A stretch of 64,000 bases of DNA from Candidatus Babelota bacterium. Lineage in GTDB: Bacteria; Babelota; Babeliae; Babelales; Vermiphilaceae. Positions 8,661-16,438 of the stretch are shown piece after piece (position 1 is the first letter of the stretch; every line of letters starts with the position of its first letter). Under the pieces are notes generated by a model. It did no database searches. It had not been told where the DNA came from and saw nothing but the letters and a program-made list of their open reading frames with translations. The DNA lies in the NCBI GenBank assembly GCA_018266085.1, contig JAFEAZ010000008.1:3278-67277 (forward strand), given 5' to 3'. The position numbers and the translations under genes were made by a program.

Positions 8661-10048
8661 CCAATAGACCCTTCCATTTCATGGGCAATGAGCCGATTGA
8701 TTTCAACCGCATATTCCATGGGCAGCTCTTTGACAAAATCATTAATAAATCCATTAATAATGAGCGCGCGTGCAGCAGCTTGTGACAAACCACGACTGGC
8801 TAGATAGAGCATCTGTTCGTCACTGATTTTACTTAATGAGGCCTCATGTCCTACATCCACTGGGTGTTGTTCTATGGTTAGCGTAGGGTAGGTATCTGAA
8901 CGGGATGCTGCATCGAGCAGTAATGCATCACATTGAACACGAGCACGCACGTTACGCGCACCTTTGATAACTTTCAGCAGCCCGCGATAACTTGAGCGGC
9001 CACCATCTTTGCTGATCGATTTCGACAGGATGGTTGAGGTGGTGTTGGGAGCGCAATGAATCATTTTGCCGCCAGCATCTTGATGTTGCCCTTTGCCAGC
9101 AACGGCAATCGACAGAATATGGCCATGAGCACCAGGCTCTTTAAGAATAATGGCAGGGTATTTCATGGTGATTTTGCTGCCAAAATTGCCATCAATCCAT
9201 TCAACCGTTGCATTTTTGTAAGCAAGAGCCCGCTTGGTTACTAAGTTGTATACGTTGTTGGACCAGTTTTGAATGGTTGTGTAGCGCAGCCGCGACCCTG
9301 GGCGAGCGACCAACTCTACCACGGCGCTATGCAATGAATTTTTACGATACACAGGTGCGCTGCAGCCTTCGACATAATGCACGCTGCTGTTATCGTCGGC
9401 AATAATCAACGTGCGCTCAAACTGGCCCATCTGTGCAACGCTCATAGCAAAATATGCTTGTAGCGGCATCGTGACCTCGATTCCCTTGGGGATATAGATA
9501 AATGAGCCACCGCTCCATACTGCCGTATTGAGTGCTGCAAATTTATTGTCATGAGCGGGCACGATGGTGCCAAAATATTCTTTAAAAAGATCCGGATATT
9601 CAGATAACCCTTGCGTCATGTCACAGAAGATCACGCCAAGATCGGCCCATTTTTTACGCAGACTTTTGTAGATAACTTCCGACTCCATCTGTGCGCCAAC
9701 ACCGGCTAAAAACTGCCGTTCTGCTTGAGGTATGCCAAGCTTTTCGAAAGTAGTTTTAATGGTGGTAGGCACATCGTCCCATGAGGTCTGTTGTGCCGCG
9801 AGTGGTTTGACATAATAGAAAATGTCATAGGGGTCGAGCTGGCTCAGATCGGCACCCCAGGTAGGCATGGGCATCGCTTCAAAGCGGGCTAATGCTGCCA
9901 GGCGTATGTCGATCATCCAGTCCGGTTCATTTTTCTGCTCAGCAATCTGCAGTACAATTTTCCTGTTGAGCCCTTTTTGCGTGGCAAAATGGTAATCGCT
10001 TCGTTTCTGACGGGTATTCTTTTCAGCTGTTGTGGGTAAAGGCATCAT
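8657..10048 (-). CDS. sufB: Fe-S cluster assembly protein SufB
   Basis: Highly conserved SufB blocks (FIYIPKGIEVTMPLQAYF, HYVEGCSAP, GHEASLSKISDEQMLYLASRGL). Start is ambiguous (10048, 10045 or 10081). Confidence 0.9.
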   Translation of the reverse strand: MMPLPTTAEKNTRQKRSDYHFATQKGLNRKIVLQIAEQKNEPDWMIDIRLAALARFEAMPMPTWGADLSQLDPYDIFYYVKPLAAQQTSWDDVPTTIKTTFEKLGIPQAERQFLAGVGAQMESEVIYKSLRKKWADLGVIFCDMTQGLSEYPDLFKEYFGTIVPAHDNKFAALNTAVWSGGSFIYIPKGIEVTMPLQAYFAMSVAQMGQFERTLIIADDNSSVHYVEGCSAPVYRKNSLHSAVVELVARPGSRLRYTTIQNWSNNVYNLVTKRALAYKNATVEWIDGNFGSKITMKYPAIILKEPGAHGHILSIAVAGKGQHQDAGGKMIHCAPNTTSTILSKSISKDGGRSSYRGLLKVIKGARNVRARVQCDALLLDAASRSDTYPTLTIEQHPVDVGHEASLSKISDEQMLYLASRGLSQAAARALIINGFINDFVKELPMEYAVEINRLIAHEMEGSIG

Positions 10049-10808
10049 ACCCCTTATCTTTAAGAGTTGAGAGCAGGGCATAAGTGCCAGAATGGGTGAG
10101 TTTGCCGTCGGTCACTATATGTACCGCATCAGGGTTCAGTTGATCCAACAGTTGCGGGTTGTGAGTGATGACGACAATCGTTGTCGATGGGGCATCTGCT
10201 CTGAGTGCAGCGATACAGCGGGTAACCAGTTTTAAGGCATCAAGATCAAGACCTGAGTCGATCTCGTCAAGGATGATGCAGCGCGGTCGCAGTACGAGTA
10301 GCTGTAACAGTTCAAGCTTTTTCTTCTGCCCGCCCGAGAACCCTTCGTTGACGTTACGCTCACAAAAATTGGGGTCCATATCCAAAAAGAGCATCTGCGC
10401 TATGACATATTCTTTAAATGCCTGCACCGAACCTATCTGGTTGCCTTGTGCTTGGTAGGCTTCTTTGAGCAGCGTAAAGACGGGCACGCCGGGAAGTATA
10501 CAGGGGTTTTGAAAGGCGAGAAATATGCCTAACCGTGCGCGTTTGTCGGCAGAAAGCTCACGTAATGCTTGACCGTTGTAGGTTAATGATCCTGCCGTTA
10601 CGGTGCATGCAGGGTCACCCATGATGGTGCGGGCGAGGCTGCTTTTGCCTGAGCCATTTTTTCCCATCAGCAGATGTAAGGAGCCTGGTTGCAGGGTGAG
10701 CGAGAGATCGGTTACTACTGGCGCATCCTCAATGCTGACGCTGAGGTTGTCGATATGCAATATGTTGTCTCGAGTATTGTTGGGATATAACAAACCATTG
10801 TTAGCCAT
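10023..10808 (-). CDS. sufC: Fe-S cluster assembly ATPase SufC
   Basis: Walker A GKNGSGKS, signature FSGGQKKK, Walker B ILDEIDSGLD. ATG 10808 is preceded by GGAGAGGAGGAG. Confidence 0.9.
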   Translation of the reverse strand: MANNGLLYPNNTRDNILHIDNLSVSIEDAPVVTDLSLTLQPGSLHLLMGKNGSGKSSLARTIMGDPACTVTAGSLTYNGQALRELSADKRARLGIFLAFQNPCILPGVPVFTLLKEAYQAQGNQIGSVQAFKEYVIAQMLFLDMDPNFCERNVNEGFSGGQKKKLELLQLLVLRPRCIILDEIDSGLDLDALKLVTRCIAALRADAPSTTIVVITHNPQLLDQLNPDAVHIVTDGKLTHSGTYALLSTLKDKGYDAFTHNS

Positions 10809-10833
10809 ACAGAAGAATCTCCTCCTCTCCATC

Positions 10834-10862
10834 GTCATCCCTGCGTAGGCAGGGACCCATGG
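10834..10862. repeat. palindromic intergenic element, copy 3 (gtcatccctgcgtaggcagggacccatgg)
   Basis: Same architecture with a variant stem CCCTGC/GCAGGG. Lies upstream of sufC. Confidence 0.65.
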
Positions 10863-11100
10863 TTAATGTTTTTCAGAATTTTTGAGGATACGTCGGCCAT
10901 GTGCAAATCTTAATGAGCAATTAACTACAGAGCCTTTTTTAACGGTGTATCTTAGTAGATTTAGTATAAGCATTTTGGCAGTAAAAACCACTTTTTGCAC
11001 GCTTTATCTACAATTCTTGTTTTTCTTTTGATCATTCAGTTAGGATTATTGGCAGCAAGGTTTGGCTGAGCGTAAGCGCAAATAGACAAAGAGGGTGCAG

Positions 11101-11589
11101 ATGAAGCGTGCGATCTATTTTTTTGGCTCAGCACTATTCGTGAGTAGTCTGTCTGGGCGTTGTTCGCAACAGCAGGCTTATAAATCGGTCGCAGTGGTTG
11201 AAGAGAAGCTGGTCGTCTGCAAAACGGGCAGTAATACCGAACGTTGGTGTGTGGTGGCGGTCGAGTCACGCGATGGTCAGCCAACGTTGTATACGTATGG
11301 CAGCATAGTTGCGCGTTCTGGCAAAGCCTCTCGGCGTTTGCGCGTCCCGGTAGATGCAGAATTTTTTGTTTGCGTCGATGGCGGGTCCTATCAAAAGATC
11401 AACATTGCTACGTATTGCGCATCAAGAGGCTGTACTCGAGGTAAGAACCAATGCACTATACCTCATGGGCCTATAAAAATTTGGGATATTCAGCTGAACA
11501 TCGATGACGACAAACGCGTTACGATTGGGCCGAGAACTGATGGTTGTTTAGGATGTATACAACGTACAAGGAGTTGTTATGAAAATTAA
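11101..11589 (+). CDS. paralog-array protein 1 (secreted, Cys-rich, one module)
   Basis: Hydrophobic N-terminus MKRAIYFFGSALFVSSL. LVVCKTGSNTERWCVVAVESRDGQ...LRVPVDAEFFVCVDGG matches the module shared with array members 4-9. Confidence 0.7.
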   Translation: MKRAIYFFGSALFVSSLSGRCSQQQAYKSVAVVEEKLVVCKTGSNTERWCVVAVESRDGQPTLYTYGSIVARSGKASRRLRVPVDAEFFVCVDGGSYQKINIATYCASRGCTRGKNQCTIPHGPIKIWDIQLNIDDDKRVTIGPRTDGCLGCIQRTRSCYEN

Positions 11590-11977
11590 AGTATTGGCGG
11601 GAGTTATTCTGTTGTCGGCAGGCTTTGTGCCTGGGCTTCACTCAAAAAATATTAGGATAAAAGTTGTCAAAGAAGAACCTTCTGTAGCATTAGAATACGC
11701 CGTCGACACTGGTACGAATGATCCAAAGTGGCAATCACTCAAAAACAATGCGCAGATTAAGTACGACGACAATAAAACTATAAAAAAGCTCTATGTGAAG
11801 AGGCCTAGCGAGTCGGTTGGTTCGGCTAAGGTTTTGTTCTTGTTGGACGAGGCAGAACAAAAGAGACAGGGACACGATATTATTGTTGTTAACGAGATAG
11901 GGTTTCCCCGTTATTGGAAGCAAGAATACTTTAAAACCTCCCAAGAGAGCAAAGGTAAGAGCAGAAGTCGTCTGTAA
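11579..11977 (+). CDS. paralog-array protein 2 (small secreted)
   Basis: AAGGAG RBS. Signal peptide MKIKVLAGVILLSAGFVPGLHS. IRIKVVKEEP strand opening as in the other members. Overlaps protein 1 by 11 nt. Confidence 0.65.
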   Translation: MKIKVLAGVILLSAGFVPGLHSKNIRIKVVKEEPSVALEYAVDTGTNDPKWQSLKNNAQIKYDDNKTIKKLYVKRPSESVGSAKVLFLLDEAEQKRQGHDIIVVNEIGFPRYWKQEYFKTSQESKGKSRSRL

Positions 11978-12030
11978 AGTTCAATGATAGAGCAAATTGG
12001 TGCCTGCGTTAGCAATAAGGGGTACGTTGT

Positions 12031-12429
12031 ATGAAAATAATAACCGTTCGCTTACTCGCTATCGCCGCACTGTGCGTATGTGGTATACAGATCATCAGGC
12101 CGTATACAGTTGTTATCAAGCTGGTAGCAGAGGATGTGCGTGCGAATTTCTTGTATGCCATCGGCAGCATGGACGAAAACCTCTGCGATTTTCCTAATCC
12201 TATAGAGCTTACCTATAAAGTCATTAATGGTGGGGGTAAAGGTGTGCTCATAGCTTTTGACAATACCCTTATCAACTGGCTTTTTGTACGTGAATCGAAA
12301 GATGTCAAGCCATATCCGCGTTATGGCTTCAACTTAAAAAATACGCAAACACTTCAGATGGGTGGCTACAACTGTGTAGTGATTCGCCGTGATGGCACGA
12401 TTGGGTACGACATGGTTGAGAATTTGTAA
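12031..12429 (+). CDS. paralog-array protein 3 (small secreted)
   Basis: Signal peptide MKIITVRLLAIAALCVCGIQ is homologous to those of members 7 and 8. Beta-rich body. Confidence 0.65.
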   Translation: MKIITVRLLAIAALCVCGIQIIRPYTVVIKLVAEDVRANFLYAIGSMDENLCDFPNPIELTYKVINGGGKGVLIAFDNTLINWLFVRESKDVKPYPRYGFNLKNTQTLQMGGYNCVVIRRDGTIGYDMVENL

Positions 12430-12467
12430 AAGAGTTATGTATTTAAACAAGGTGAAGAAGATACCCT

Positions 12468-13286
12468 ATGAAACGTACCACTAGTTTTATAATCGTTGCT
12501 CTATTGAGTGTCAGTTGTGTGCAGGCTCTGTTGCCAGCCAAGCAGTCGGTTAAAGCATACAAAACCGGTCTTAAAAATGAGACATGGACTGTAGCCGTAT
12601 TTACTCAAGAGAATGATCCGACGCCCTTTTCGCAGACATCATTCAAAAGTACGAGCAGCATTTTGCCAGGCAGAGGGCTCTACTTTAATTTCGATGGCAA
12701 CAGTACCAACTATATCAAGGTGTACCCAGTCGATGCTACGAAGGCAAAAAGATGTCAAGGGCAAAACATGCACTACAGCTGCGGTCAGATTGAGACCTTG
12801 AAAATTACTGAAGAGCAAGCGCTGCCGGGTTCAGTTATTCGCATAGAGGTGACCAGTGCTGATGTGTACAGCATTAAAATCGATCCACCGAAGAAAGATA
12901 GCGTAGAGATTGCGGTAAAAAGAGACTGTGATATTGGTGAAGCATGTGAAGCTTCTTGGACCGTAACAATACATGACGAACAAGACAACCCTACCGGGTA
13001 TACTGCGCAGGTTGGAGATGATAAACCTGCAAAAATACGAGTGCCTGCGAATAAACTATTCTGGGTGCATGTAAAGGCCGGTTCTTCTGAGATAGGAAAC
13101 AAAAAGATTGAACCTACAAAAAAATTAACGAACAAAAATGTGCTGCTTGTTAGTAGTGGCATGGTAGCAGTAGCGACTCAAGGTGACAAGATTGATACAT
13201 TGTTTGATACGGTGAAGGCTGCTGCACCGAAAAAAAGAAAAAAACCTGTACAAGATAGAGAGTTTGAGCAGTTTGGCAGTCTTTAA
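12468..13286 (+). CDS. paralog-array protein 4 (secreted, two modules)
   Basis: Signal peptide ...VALLSVSCVQA. Module A: VKAYKTGLKNETWTVAVFTQENDP. Module B: ASWTVTIHDEQDNP...IRVPANKLFWVHVKAGS. Confidence 0.75.
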   Translation: MKRTTSFIIVALLSVSCVQALLPAKQSVKAYKTGLKNETWTVAVFTQENDPTPFSQTSFKSTSSILPGRGLYFNFDGNSTNYIKVYPVDATKAKRCQGQNMHYSCGQIETLKITEEQALPGSVIRIEVTSADVYSIKIDPPKKDSVEIAVKRDCDIGEACEASWTVTIHDEQDNPTGYTAQVGDDKPAKIRVPANKLFWVHVKAGSSEIGNKKIEPTKKLTNKNVLLVSSGMVAVATQGDKIDTLFDTVKAAAPKKRKKPVQDREFEQFGSL

Positions 13287-13309
13287 GCTATACATAAAAA
13301 GGAGATGGC

Positions 13310-14071
13310 ATGAAGAAGATGAAGAGAGTAGTTGCAGTGGGTGTGATGAGCATGGGCTTGGTGAATGCTGTGTATTGCGAGATACGCAAGCTGGTAGCAA
13401 CGAAAAACAGCGATACGTTTGGTTGGTCGGCGATACAGATCTGGCAAAACGGCAGCCAGGTATCGGCGGCAAAGTTTAAGAAAAGCACTGCATCTGATGC
13501 ACAATATCCACAGGGTCAGAGTAATAAATATCTCTTTTTTGATACAGACAAAGGTGGTGTTGAAGTTCGTTTCTATTGGACTGCTGATGCCTATGCATCT
13601 CCTGGTACAGGAGCCGCTGACGTACCTCTTTTTAAAAATACAACACTATACACTCAAAATGATTTGCCTTTTGGAACTACGATAAAGATTAACTGTCCTT
13701 CTGGTTATAATGGCACAGGAAGCTGCAAGATGGAGGCCGCTAAACCTACGATTAAGTATACGAAAGTAAAGGTCGTCAAGGCTGATAACCAGAATGTATT
13801 GTGGACGGTCAAAGCAGCATCGGGAAAATTGGCTAATCCCAACAAAAGTCAGACCTATGGAACGGTAAACATATTGAAAGAAACTGGGCTTACGAGCAGA
13901 TTGAAGGTTCCCAACAATAAAGATTTTTGGATAGTTGTGAGTTCTAATGATAAAAACGACAAGGTCTTTGTTGGTAACAAAACGGCCGAGATTACTGAAA
14001 TCAAGGCTGGCGCGATAAAGAGCGGTTCTGTGATCAATATTGATGGACAAGGCAAAGCGACTATAAAGTGA
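13310..14071 (+). CDS. paralog-array protein 5 (secreted, two modules)
   Basis: AAGGAG RBS and a signal peptide. Module B: VKVVKADNQNVLWTVKAASG...LKVPNNKDFWIVVSSND...VINIDGQGKATIK. Confidence 0.75.
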   Translation: MKKMKRVVAVGVMSMGLVNAVYCEIRKLVATKNSDTFGWSAIQIWQNGSQVSAAKFKKSTASDAQYPQGQSNKYLFFDTDKGGVEVRFYWTADAYASPGTGAADVPLFKNTTLYTQNDLPFGTTIKINCPSGYNGTGSCKMEAAKPTIKYTKVKVVKADNQNVLWTVKAASGKLANPNKSQTYGTVNILKETGLTSRLKVPNNKDFWIVVSSNDKNDKVFVGNKTAEITEIKAGAIKSGSVINIDGQGKATIK

Positions 14072-14115
14072 ATTTAGAATGTCAGAATAAACGTTTATAA
14101 AAAAAGGAGAATGGT

Positions 14116-14496
14116 ATGAAATTTCTCAATAAAATAATGCTGCTGAGTGCGGGGTTTGTCTGTGCAGCGCAAGCAAATGAAATCAGCATAACAAATACCT
14201 TGTCACAAGAAATGCCGGTTACTGTTACCTTCGCGGTGAGCAAAACTGCAAAAGCAACAAGACCAGCTAAAAAGAGAATACTGTATAACCAAACAGCTTC
14301 TTTCGACCAGCCCATTGACAAAGATTGGGTAACGATTACGGTGTATCACGCTGGTGGGTATAAAACCGTTAAGATCCAGCGGTCATTTAGTCTCAAAAAC
14401 CCTCTTTTTGACAATAGCAGAGCAATTACCATTGAAGGTGTAAGTAGCACACCTACCTTGTGGCTTAATGGCAAAGAGCTTGAGGCAGTACGCTAA
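14116..14496 (+). CDS. paralog-array protein 6 (small secreted)
   Basis: AAGGAG RBS. Signal peptide MKFLNKIMLLSAGFVCAAQA. Beta-rich, 126 aa. Confidence 0.65.
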   Translation: MKFLNKIMLLSAGFVCAAQANEISITNTLSQEMPVTVTFAVSKTAKATRPAKKRILYNQTASFDQPIDKDWVTITVYHAGGYKTVKIQRSFSLKNPLFDNSRAITIEGVSSTPTLWLNGKELEAVR

Positions 14497-14526
14497 AGAG
14501 GCTGAGTAAATAGAAAAGGTAACAGT

Positions 14527-15276
14527 ATGAAGATAATGACACGAATAGTGACCATTGCTGCGTTGTGCGTCGGGGTTGCGCCGATGGTAACGGCGGTCAC
14601 GGTTAAAGTTTTCAAAAATGACCCAGCTACCTGGAGCAAGCCTTGGACTTACCAATTGAGAACACAAAAAGATGCAGGACAAGAGAGCACTATGCAGGGT
14701 CCGTTGACCTCCGCAGGCGTTGCTTCTGAAGTGGCCGTTACCAGAGGAGCATCGACTGTTATGACAGCACAACCAAAAAGGTTTACAAAGACTGTCAACC
14801 TATCAGTTGATCCAGGCAAGCATAAGACTATTTTACGTGTGTATCCTAACACTACTCAAATAGAAAATACTGGTTCAGACTTGCTGTTAAAAGAAGGGAA
14901 TGATGAGCCATTTAAAGGTAAGGCGGTTCTAGCCGACACGAATGGCAAGCTCTCATTCGTAGATCTAGATATTGCTCTTGCCCCAACGCACAAAGTGCCG
15001 GTTGAAAAAGAAGTAAAAGGTCCCTTGTGGACAATAACTGCAAAAGAAGTTGCGAGTGGTCCTAATAATGGTTTTGTCTATGGCGAAGTAAAAATAAAGA
15101 AAGATACCAGCTTTGGCAAAGATCTTGTGGTTCCTACGAATAAAGACTTTATTTTGTATGTAAAAGGACCCGGTTTGTCGGCAGCTAGTCAGTTCTTATT
15201 CAGCGGTGACAACGTAAATAGGCTTCAAAAAATCACAATCGACAAAGGCGGAAAGATCGTGCCGGTACTAAAATAG
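14527..15276 (+). CDS. paralog-array protein 7 (secreted, two modules)
   Basis: VTVKVFKNDPATWSKPWTYQLRTQ (module A). PLWTITAKEVASG...LVVPTNKDFILYVKGPG...ITIDKGGKIVPV (module B). Confidence 0.75.
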   Translation: MKIMTRIVTIAALCVGVAPMVTAVTVKVFKNDPATWSKPWTYQLRTQKDAGQESTMQGPLTSAGVASEVAVTRGASTVMTAQPKRFTKTVNLSVDPGKHKTILRVYPNTTQIENTGSDLLLKEGNDEPFKGKAVLADTNGKLSFVDLDIALAPTHKVPVEKEVKGPLWTITAKEVASGPNNGFVYGEVKIKKDTSFGKDLVVPTNKDFILYVKGPGLSAASQFLFSGDNVNRLQKITIDKGGKIVPVLK

Positions 15277-15296
15277 TGAAGAACTCGTAAAAACAT

Positions 15297-15364
15297 GCCC
15301 TACCACTGTATGCATAAACCCCATACATCCGGTAGGGCTCTTTCATGCCATGCCGCAGGCATGG
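15297..15364 (+). terminator. two stem-loops in the only long spacer of the array (possible terminator or transcript boundary)
   Basis: gccctacc(15297-15304)/ggtagggc(15331-15338), with inner tgtatg/cataca, followed by TCTTTC. Then ccatgcc-gca-ggcatgg (15348-15364). Confidence 0.4.
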
Positions 15365-15471
15365 AACATCGTATGTCATGCTACAGACACAACTCTTGTT
15401 TTGTCGCAACCCAACCGGCTAGAGTTGGTTGCGGCGATACTGTATGACGCTATAAAAAAGAGGTAGAGAGT

Positions 15472-16392
15472 ATGAAGGTAAGATCGAGAATGGTAGTGGT
15501 TGCTGCGTTGTGCATAAGCTGTGTGCAGGTGACGCAGCCAAAAAAGGTGAGCTTAAAGCTCTATAAAACTGATCCGACAACCTGGAACAAGCCTTTTTAT
15601 TATGTGATACAAACTGCAGCAACTGACGTTAGCCAAAGCGTAGGGCTGCCTCCTAGAAAAGATGGCAAGCCGCGCATGTTACAGACGCGGTTAGAAAGGA
15701 CACCGGCAAGAACGGTGACGACTAGCCATTCACTGGCAGCTTATAAACCGATAAAAAAAGATGTGACGATATCCTTTGATGATGAAGATGAAAACATCCT
15801 ATTTATCAACGAAAAACAGGATGGCAAGGGCAAAGGTGGCTCTTTGGTGCTGTCTGACCCTGATGGTAAACATGCAGGCAAACCTGCTTACACGACAGGG
15901 CATGTTATTGCAATAGGAGCCGGAGAAGGTGCCGAAGATATCTACAAACCAACAAGCATGTTGAAGGTAGGCGTAAGCGAGATCATAAAAGAGCGACAAG
16001 GTAAATTTTTTAAGATCCCGGTATATAAAGAAGATCCGGATACATGGGGGCAGAAGTGGACCATCACCTTGGTTGATGGGCAAGGGAGAGAATACCCTGA
16101 TGCTAAAGTAGATATTTACAAAGATTCTACTTTCAAAAAACTGTGGATTGCAAAAGATATAGAGCCAGGCAGTACGTATGTTGAGGTACGTAAGCCTAAG
16201 GCCCCTACCTTGGTAGATACGCCGTTGCAAAATAACCCTGGTGTTTCTTGGGAGCAGGGATTGTTGGTTATTGATGAAGATGGGCATGGGCGCATCGAGA
16301 ATAAGTCATTTATGCAGAGTGCGCCCAAGAAAAAAGCAAACAAAACAGTTCGAGCTGCTGAGAATCAGAAGTCAGAAGCAGAGCTCTTTTGA
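15472..16392 (+). CDS. paralog-array protein 8 (secreted, two modules)
   Basis: VSLKLYKTDPTTWNKPFYYVIQT (module A). IPVYKEDPDTWGQKWTITLVDGQG...LLVIDEDGHGRIEN (module B). Confidence 0.75.
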   Translation: MKVRSRMVVVAALCISCVQVTQPKKVSLKLYKTDPTTWNKPFYYVIQTAATDVSQSVGLPPRKDGKPRMLQTRLERTPARTVTTSHSLAAYKPIKKDVTISFDDEDENILFINEKQDGKGKGGSLVLSDPDGKHAGKPAYTTGHVIAIGAGEGAEDIYKPTSMLKVGVSEIIKERQGKFFKIPVYKEDPDTWGQKWTITLVDGQGREYPDAKVDIYKDSTFKKLWIAKDIEPGSTYVEVRKPKAPTLVDTPLQNNPGVSWEQGLLVIDEDGHGRIENKSFMQSAPKKKANKTVRAAENQKSEAELF

Positions 16393-16438
16393 CTCTATGT
16401 CCAATGAGCGTTGGTTTACAGAAAAAAGGACATAAAAT

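Noticed and set aside
6705-10848. Numerous 60-160-aa ORFs nested inside or antisense to sufS, sufD, sufB and sufC
   Set aside because: They all overlap strongly conserved suf coding frames and show skewed composition (Ser/Arg/Cys-rich) typical of off-frame translation of GC-rich genes.
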